Shown piece by piece: positions 59,274-64,000 of a stretch of DNA of 64,000 nucleotides. The DNA is from Chloroflexota bacterium (GTDB lineage: Bacteria > Chloroflexota > Anaerolineae > UBA7937 > B3-Chlor), in NCBI GenBank assembly GCA_030603665.1, contig JAUVXJ010000001.1:214480-278479 (forward strand), given 5' to 3'. Numbering within the stretch: position 1 is the stretch's first letter; every line of letters starts with the position of its first letter. A model generated the notes under the pieces. That model searched no databases, had not been told where the DNA came from, and worked only from the letters and a program-made list of their open reading frames with translations. Position numbers and translations under genes: made by a program.

Positions 59274-60202
59274 GCCACCATCGCCGCCGCCGTGGCCAAC
59301 GTAGCCAGCAAAGTGAATACCCGGATTCGCTGCAGATACCACACTCCGTCGCCGAGGCTCAGCAGTGCGGGCTGCGACATCATTTGCGGCACCAAGAGCA
59401 GCGCCACAGCCCCCGCCAGAATCGGCTGTTTGACAACGATCAGCGCGGCAACGGCCGCCACCTGGGCAATCACCAGCAGTGCGGCGCCCCGTGACAGGCG
59501 CTGCCCACCGATCAAGCTATACGCGTGAAAGACCGTGGCATACGCAGCTGCCCACACCAACGACTGGGCGAATGGTCTGAATCCTCCCGCAGTGATGTCG
59601 ATCTCGCCGAAAGCGACGTATCCTATCAGCCAGGGTAGCGCCGCCAGGTACAGACTTGCCAGCAGGCGCGACACAGCATCCCGTCCGGAGGCGAGTGTCA
59701 CACGCCCCACAGCCACGCCCAGAGCCACAACCACGAATATGAAGGGTAGAGTACCAAGCACGGCCGCCAGGAGCAGGGCGAAGGCGCCGAGGCAGCCAAA
59801 GGCCAGTATGGAGGCTCCCGCCTGAGGCCAGATTACCGACCGCCAGACCACCAGCTTCCCATTCAGATACTCCAGGAACCGAGAGGCGACAGAGCCCGGC
59901 TGGGTGTAGGGTAGCGCTGGCGCTGTTTGCGGGCTACGAGGGTTACTCTTCGCCGGCTGAGGCCACGCCAGCTGCCCACCGGTGACCAGGCTCCACACGC
60001 TTCCCAGCACCGGATCCGCGAGCAGCACCGCCAGCAGGAGTAGGACCGCGGTACCCCAGTCGATGGCCAACCCACCCGAGGCCACAGCGCCGCAGAGCAC
60101 GGCCCAAGCCGGGCCGAGCCAGGTCCGTGACCCGGCAGATCTGACTTCGACGGTTAGGAAACGCCCTTCCGTCGGTTGTTGCGACTGCTCTTCCAGACTC
60201 AT
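59270..60202 (-). CDS. polytopic membrane protein (about 8 TM), family not recognised
   Basis: It is hydrophobic throughout. There is no Asp-rich UbiA motif and no CAAX-protease motif. It is translationally coupled to the methyltransferase. Confidence 0.5.
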   Translation of the reverse strand: MSLEEQSQQPTEGRFLTVEVRSAGSRTWLGPAWAVLCGAVASGGLAIDWGTAVLLLLAVLLADPVLGSVWSLVTGGQLAWPQPAKSNPRSPQTAPALPYTQPGSVASRFLEYLNGKLVVWRSVIWPQAGASILAFGCLGAFALLLAAVLGTLPFIFVVVALGVAVGRVTLASGRDAVSRLLASLYLAALPWLIGYVAFGEIDITAGGFRPFAQSLVWAAAYATVFHAYSLIGGQRLSRGAALLVIAQVAAVAALIVVKQPILAGAVALLLVPQMMSQPALLSLGDGVWYLQRIRVFTLLATLATAAAMVA

Positions 60203-60587
60203 AGCTACACGCGCCGACTCTTACTTAAAGTACCATTATACCACAAAGGAGGCGACTTACGCACACCCTGATAGCGTCTGCGGTTAAGACATCGTGACCA
60301 CTTCTTCTGAGTTCTGATGGCTGTTCTGAATCCATACCGGGGCACCTCGAGAATCTCCATATCCATAGCTCTCTTGAGAGTCTCTACCAGCCAGCTACCG
60401 AGGTGCCGCACGCGGTACGGTAGTGCGGGGCAGCGAACACCGCCGGCAGGCTCCGCAAGCGCGCCATGCGGCTTGCCCCTACATCGCCCCGATGTTACAA
60501 TGCTGTGCACCCCACGTCGATCTGAACCTTGAGCTGGGGGCAAGACCACGCTGGTGTTGCAACCTCTGAGCTTAAGCGAGACTAGGC

Positions 60588-62357
60588 ATGAACGAAAACC
60601 CTAAGGGCCGAGGAGGCCTGCATCGCTCGGCCCGCCCACCGCTCCAACCTCGTCGAGTTTCGTTTCTGCTGGTCCTGGTACTTTTTCTGATGGCATTTGT
60701 CTTCAGGGCCTGGGGAGCGCGGTTCGGCCTGCCCGACTTCTACCATCCCGACGAACACGCCATCGTGGAGAGGGCGGCGGCCATTCTGCGAACCGGAGAC
60801 TACAGCCCCCACTGGTTCAACTACCCGTCAGCCTACATCTATGCTCAAGCCCTGAGCTACATCCCCTACTTCCTGATCTCGGCGGCCAGGGGCTTCGGCA
60901 ACACCATCCCGGACCCTGCACCCTACGGCTTCTACTTCGCAGGCCGCGTGATGACCGCCTTCCTGGGTGCCCTGACGGTGCCTCTGGTCTATGTGCTCGC
61001 CAGCCGGCTGTACGGCCGCAGGACTGGACTCGTTTCATCAACGCTCCTTACGTTCTGCCTGCTCCACGTCGTGCACTCCCACTACGTGACCACCGATGTA
61101 CCCGTGGCCTTGTTCGTCACCCTGACCCTGGTGTTCTGTAGCCTAGTCCTTCAGAAGGCAGAGAAGAAGTACATCATCCTGGCAGCGCTCTTCGCAGGCC
61201 TGTCAACATCCACCAAGTATCCCGGTGCTGTAACCCTCCTTCCAGTGCTGGTGGCACAGGTTCTGGCGCCGGCGACCCGGGGATGGGAGAGGCTGGGCCA
61301 GCGCCTAGGGCTGAGCGTGGGCGCCTTCATGGTTGGGTTCCTGGTGGGCACGCCCTATGCCTTCCTGGAGCTGAACACCTTCCTCAGCAGTTTGGCTTCA
61401 GTGCTTGGCCACTACGGTACCAGCCAGCCCGGTTTCGAAGGCGGAAATACCTGGCTGTGGTACCTCCGGCAAACACTGACCAGCGCTGACGCCGCCCTGG
61501 CGGGATTGGGATTGGCTGGCATAGTCTGGGCCGCGGTGAAACGCCGGCGAGGAGACCTGCTGCTGCTCTCCTTCGTCGTGCCCTACTACCTGCTCATCTC
61601 TCTGTGGCAAGTAAGGTTTGAGCGCAACCTGGTACCCCTTCTTCCCGTGCTGATGGTGCTGGCTGGACGAGTGCTGGTGGACGCGGTCTCGTGGTTGGCC
61701 ACCAGGTGGCCTGCCCTGCGGAGACGGGAGGTGCTGATCCTCTCCTGCTTGACGGCGGTGGCTGTCGTGATTCCCACCAAGGCAGTCCTAGACTTCGATA
61801 GCGCCCTGTCGCAGAGGGATCACCGCACCGCCGCGGCCGAGTGGGTGAACGCCAACCTACCGCCACGATCGAAGATAGTCACCGAGGGGTTCCCCATCCC
61901 GGTGGATGAGGATCACTTTGAGGTCGTTCAACTGGTGCGCATAGACAGCGAGGACCTGGAATGGTATCTGGATGAGGGCGTGGAGTACGTCATCGTCAGC
62001 GACGGTCACTGGAGGCTGCTCTTCGAGGACCCCGGGAGGTATGCGCGGGAGATTGCGACCTATCAGGACATCCTGAACCACTCAATCGTCGTGCAGGAGT
62101 TCCCCCCAGAGACCCCAGCCTTGTTGAGGCGAGGCTATCCTACGATCCCCATCTACCACTTCCCCGATGTGCTGATCCTGCGACTGGAGCCGAGCCGCTC
62201 GAATAGCCAGACTAGTGGCGCCTACGTCGACAGTTTCGCCCCTCTCAGCCGCAAGCTATTGGTGACCACGAAGATGGAACTGAAGGCCATAGCCGCCGCC
62301 GCCATCCAGGGCAGCAATATGCCCAAGGCGGCGATAGGGATGCCCGCCGTGTTGTAG
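60588..62357 (+). CDS. GT-C glycosyltransferase of the PMT_2/ArnT-like family (GT39/GT83-like)
   Basis: [22 protein letters not shown] (a DE motif in loop 1) is followed by 10 or more TM helices and a roughly 200-aa soluble C-domain. The last roughly 45 codons overlap the ATPase gene 3' end on the other strand, so the true stop may be earlier. Confidence 0.7.
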   Translation: MNENPKGRGGLHRSARPPLQPRRVSFLLVLVLFLMAFVFRAWGARFGLPDFYHPDEHAIVERAAAILRTGDYSPHWFNYPSAYIYAQALSYIPYFLISAARGFGNTIPDPAPYGFYFAGRVMTAFLGALTVPLVYVLASRLYGRRTGLVSSTLLTFCLLHVVHSHYVTTDVPVALFVTLTLVFCSLVLQKAEKKYIILAALFAGLSTSTKYPGAVTLLPVLVAQVLAPATRGWERLGQRLGLSVGAFMVGFLVGTPYAFLELNTFLSSLASVLGHYGTSQPGFEGGNTWLWYLRQTLTSADAALAGLGLAGIVWAAVKRRRGDLLLLSFVVPYYLLISLWQVRFERNLVPLLPVLMVLAGRVLVDAVSWLATRWPALRRREVLILSCLTAVAVVIPTKAVLDFDSALSQRDHRTAAAEWVNANLPPRSKIVTEGFPIPVDEDHFEVVQLVRIDSEDLEWYLDEGVEYVIVSDGHWRLLFEDPGRYAREIATYQDILNHSIVVQEFPPETPALLRRGYPTIPIYHFPDVLILRLEPSRSNSQTSGAYVDSFAPLSRKLLVTTKMELKAIAAAAIQGSNMPKAAIGMPAVL

Positions 62358-64000
62358 GCGAAGGCCCAGAAAAGGTTGCCCCTGATGGTGCCCATGGTCT
62401 TCCTGCTCAACTGGATGGCCTGGGGCACGCCGCGCAGGTCACCCCTCATGAGGACGATGTCGCCCACCTCTATGGCCACGTCCGTGCCGGTGCCGATGGC
62501 CATGCCGATGTCTGCCTGGGCCAGCGCTGGTGCGTCGTTGATGCCGTCGCCAACCATGGCCACAACGTGCCCTTCGTCCTGGAGTTTCTTCACCTCCTGG
62601 GCCTTGTCCTCCGGAAGCACCTCGGCCAGCACGCGGTCGATGCCCACCTCATCTGCGATAGCCTGAGCGGTGCGGGGGTTGTCTCCGCTGAGCATCACCA
62701 CCTGGAGGGCCATCTCATGAAGCCTGGCGATGGCCTCCCTGGACCCTTCCTTGACGGTATCAGCCACGGCGATGACGCCTTGCACCTGGCCATCCAGGGC
62801 AAGCAGCATCGTAGTCTTTCCCTCGCTCTGGAGGCGGTCCACTTCGGCCTCGGCTGGCGCGAGGTCAACAGCCTGGTTGGTCATCAATGTACGGTTGCCC
62901 AGGAGAACCCTCTTTCCATTGAGTGAGGCCACGATACCCTGCCCCGCGATCGCCTCGAAATCCTGCGCTTCATCCAACTGCAGGCCTTGAGCCTTTGCTG
63001 CCTCCACGATGGACTCCCCCAGGGGATGCTCGGAGCCCTTCTCAGCGCTGGCCGCCAACCGCAAGACCTCGTCCTCAGTGAGGGAGCCATTGGCCACGAG
63101 ATCGGTGACCCGAGGCTGGCCCTCGGTGATGGTGCCCGTCTTGTCCAACACCACCGTGTCCAACGTGCCGGCCCTCTCCAGGCTCTCGCCGCTCTTGATC
63201 AGGATCCCCCGCTCAGCGCCCATGCCCGTGCCCACCATCACGGCTGTGGGTGTAGCCAGGCCCAATGCACATGGACAGGCGATGACCAGCACGGCCACCA
63301 TGTTGATCAGCGCGCGCTCCAGGCCGACCCCAGCGACGAAGAACCACGCGAGGAAGGTCAGAAAGGCCACGCTGATCACGACAGGCACGAAGACCCCTGC
63401 CACTCTGTCAGCCAGCCGCTGAACCGGCGCCTTGCTGCCCTGCGCCTGCTCCACCAGGCGCACGATCTGCGCCAGGACGGTGTCCTTGCCCACCTTGGTG
63501 GCCTGGAACTTGAAGCTGCCGGTCTTGTTGATGGTGGCTCCGATGACCTCGTCGCCCACCTCCTTACCCACCGGCAGGCTCTCGCCCGTGATCATCGACT
63601 CGTCAATGGCAGAGCGACCCTCCATCACCACTCCGTCCACCGCTATCTTCTCCCCAGGACGGACGACGATCAGGTCGCCGACCTGCACTTCCCCGACAGG
63701 GATGTCCAGCTCCTTGCCATCACGAATCACTCTGGCGGTCTTCGCTCGGAGTCCCATCAACCTCTTGATGGATTCTGAAGTTCGGCCCCTCGCCTTGGCC
63801 TCCAGATACTTGCCCAGTATGATCAGAGTGATGATCATGGCCGCGGTCTCATAGTAGACATGCCCACCTGTGATGAAGGTGGCCGCCACGCTGTAGAAGT
63901 ATGCCGCTGAGGAGCCCATGGCGATCAGGGTGTCCATGCCGGCCGTGCGCTGCTTGAGCGACTTCCACGTGCCTCGATAGAACTGCCAGCCCACGTAGAA
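62222..64000 (-). CDS. P1B-type heavy-metal-translocating ATPase (CopA/ZntA-like), partial; the N-terminus lies beyond the right edge
   Basis: The motifs are TGE, CPC ([13 protein letters not shown]), [15 protein letters not shown] and VTNSLRL. Confidence 0.85.
   Translation of the reverse strand, partial: FYVGWQFYRGTWKSLKQRTAGMDTLIAMGSSAAYFYSVAATFITGGHVYYETAAMIITLIILGKYLEAKARGRTSESIKRLMGLRAKTARVIRDGKELDIPVGEVQVGDLIVVRPGEKIAVDGVVMEGRSAIDESMITGESLPVGKEVGDEVIGATINKTGSFKFQATKVGKDTVLAQIVRLVEQAQGSKAPVQRLADRVAGVFVPVVISVAFLTFLAWFFVAGVGLERALINMVAVLVIACPCALGLATPTAVMVGTGMGAERGILIKSGESLERAGTLDTVVLDKTGTITEGQPRVTDLVANGSLTEDEVLRLAASAEKGSEHPLGESIVEAAKAQGLQLDEAQDFEAIAGQGIVASLNGKRVLLGNRTLMTNQAVDLAPAEAEVDRLQSEGKTTMLLALDGQVQGVIAVADTVKEGSREAIARLHEMALQVVMLSGDNPRTAQAIADEVGIDRVLAEVLPEDKAQEVKKLQDEGHVVAMVGDGINDAPALAQADIGMAIGTGTDVAIEVGDIVLMRGDLRGVPQAIQLSRKTMGTIRGNLFWAFAYNTAGIPIAALGILLPWMAAAAMAFSSIFVVTNSLRLRGAKLST

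Overview
This is a 64-kb, high-GC (about 60%) bacterial chromosomal segment. It is gene-dense, with roughly 55 protein-coding genes on both strands. I recognised no rRNA, tRNA, CRISPR array, transposase or integrase.

Housekeeping genes include aspS, asnS, rplS, miaA, tgt, xthA, fpg/mutM, an rnhB-yraN fusion, uppP and a DHH-CBS-CCA tRNA nucleotidyltransferase fusion. They are interleaved with envelope and glycan genes. These include a polyprenol-phosphate GT2 followed by a huge YfhO(GT-C)-Wzx flippase fusion, a PMT_2-type GT-C, GH2, GH3 and GH5-like hydrolases, and a PEP-CTERM-anchored secreted protein. There is also an orphan heterodisulfide-reductase-like module (hdrA' - hdrD-like - hdrA) and a signalling pair of an FHA/winged-helix regulator with a membrane Ser/Thr kinase.

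The strongest specific observations are:
- A thioredoxin-fold (AhpC/TSA) redoxin gene is split by an in-frame TGA at the catalytic-Cys position (T-x-x-U...C), followed by a SECIS-like hairpin. This is a probable selenoprotein.
- The YfhO-Wzx fusion, co-transcribed with a DPM1-like GT2, is a compact three-function glycosylation module.
- A tldD/pmbA gene appears broken into N- and C-terminal remnants flanking a 2.1-kb insert that carries a Cys-rich lipoprotein gene.
- The two HdrA copies have complementary domain content.
- Further decay includes a frameshifted SDR and aldo-keto reductase and amidohydrolase fragments.

The domain content (PEP-CTERM, Hdr-like, FHA/STPK, YfhO, PT-linkers) would fit a Chloroflexi-like organism, but that is inference only.
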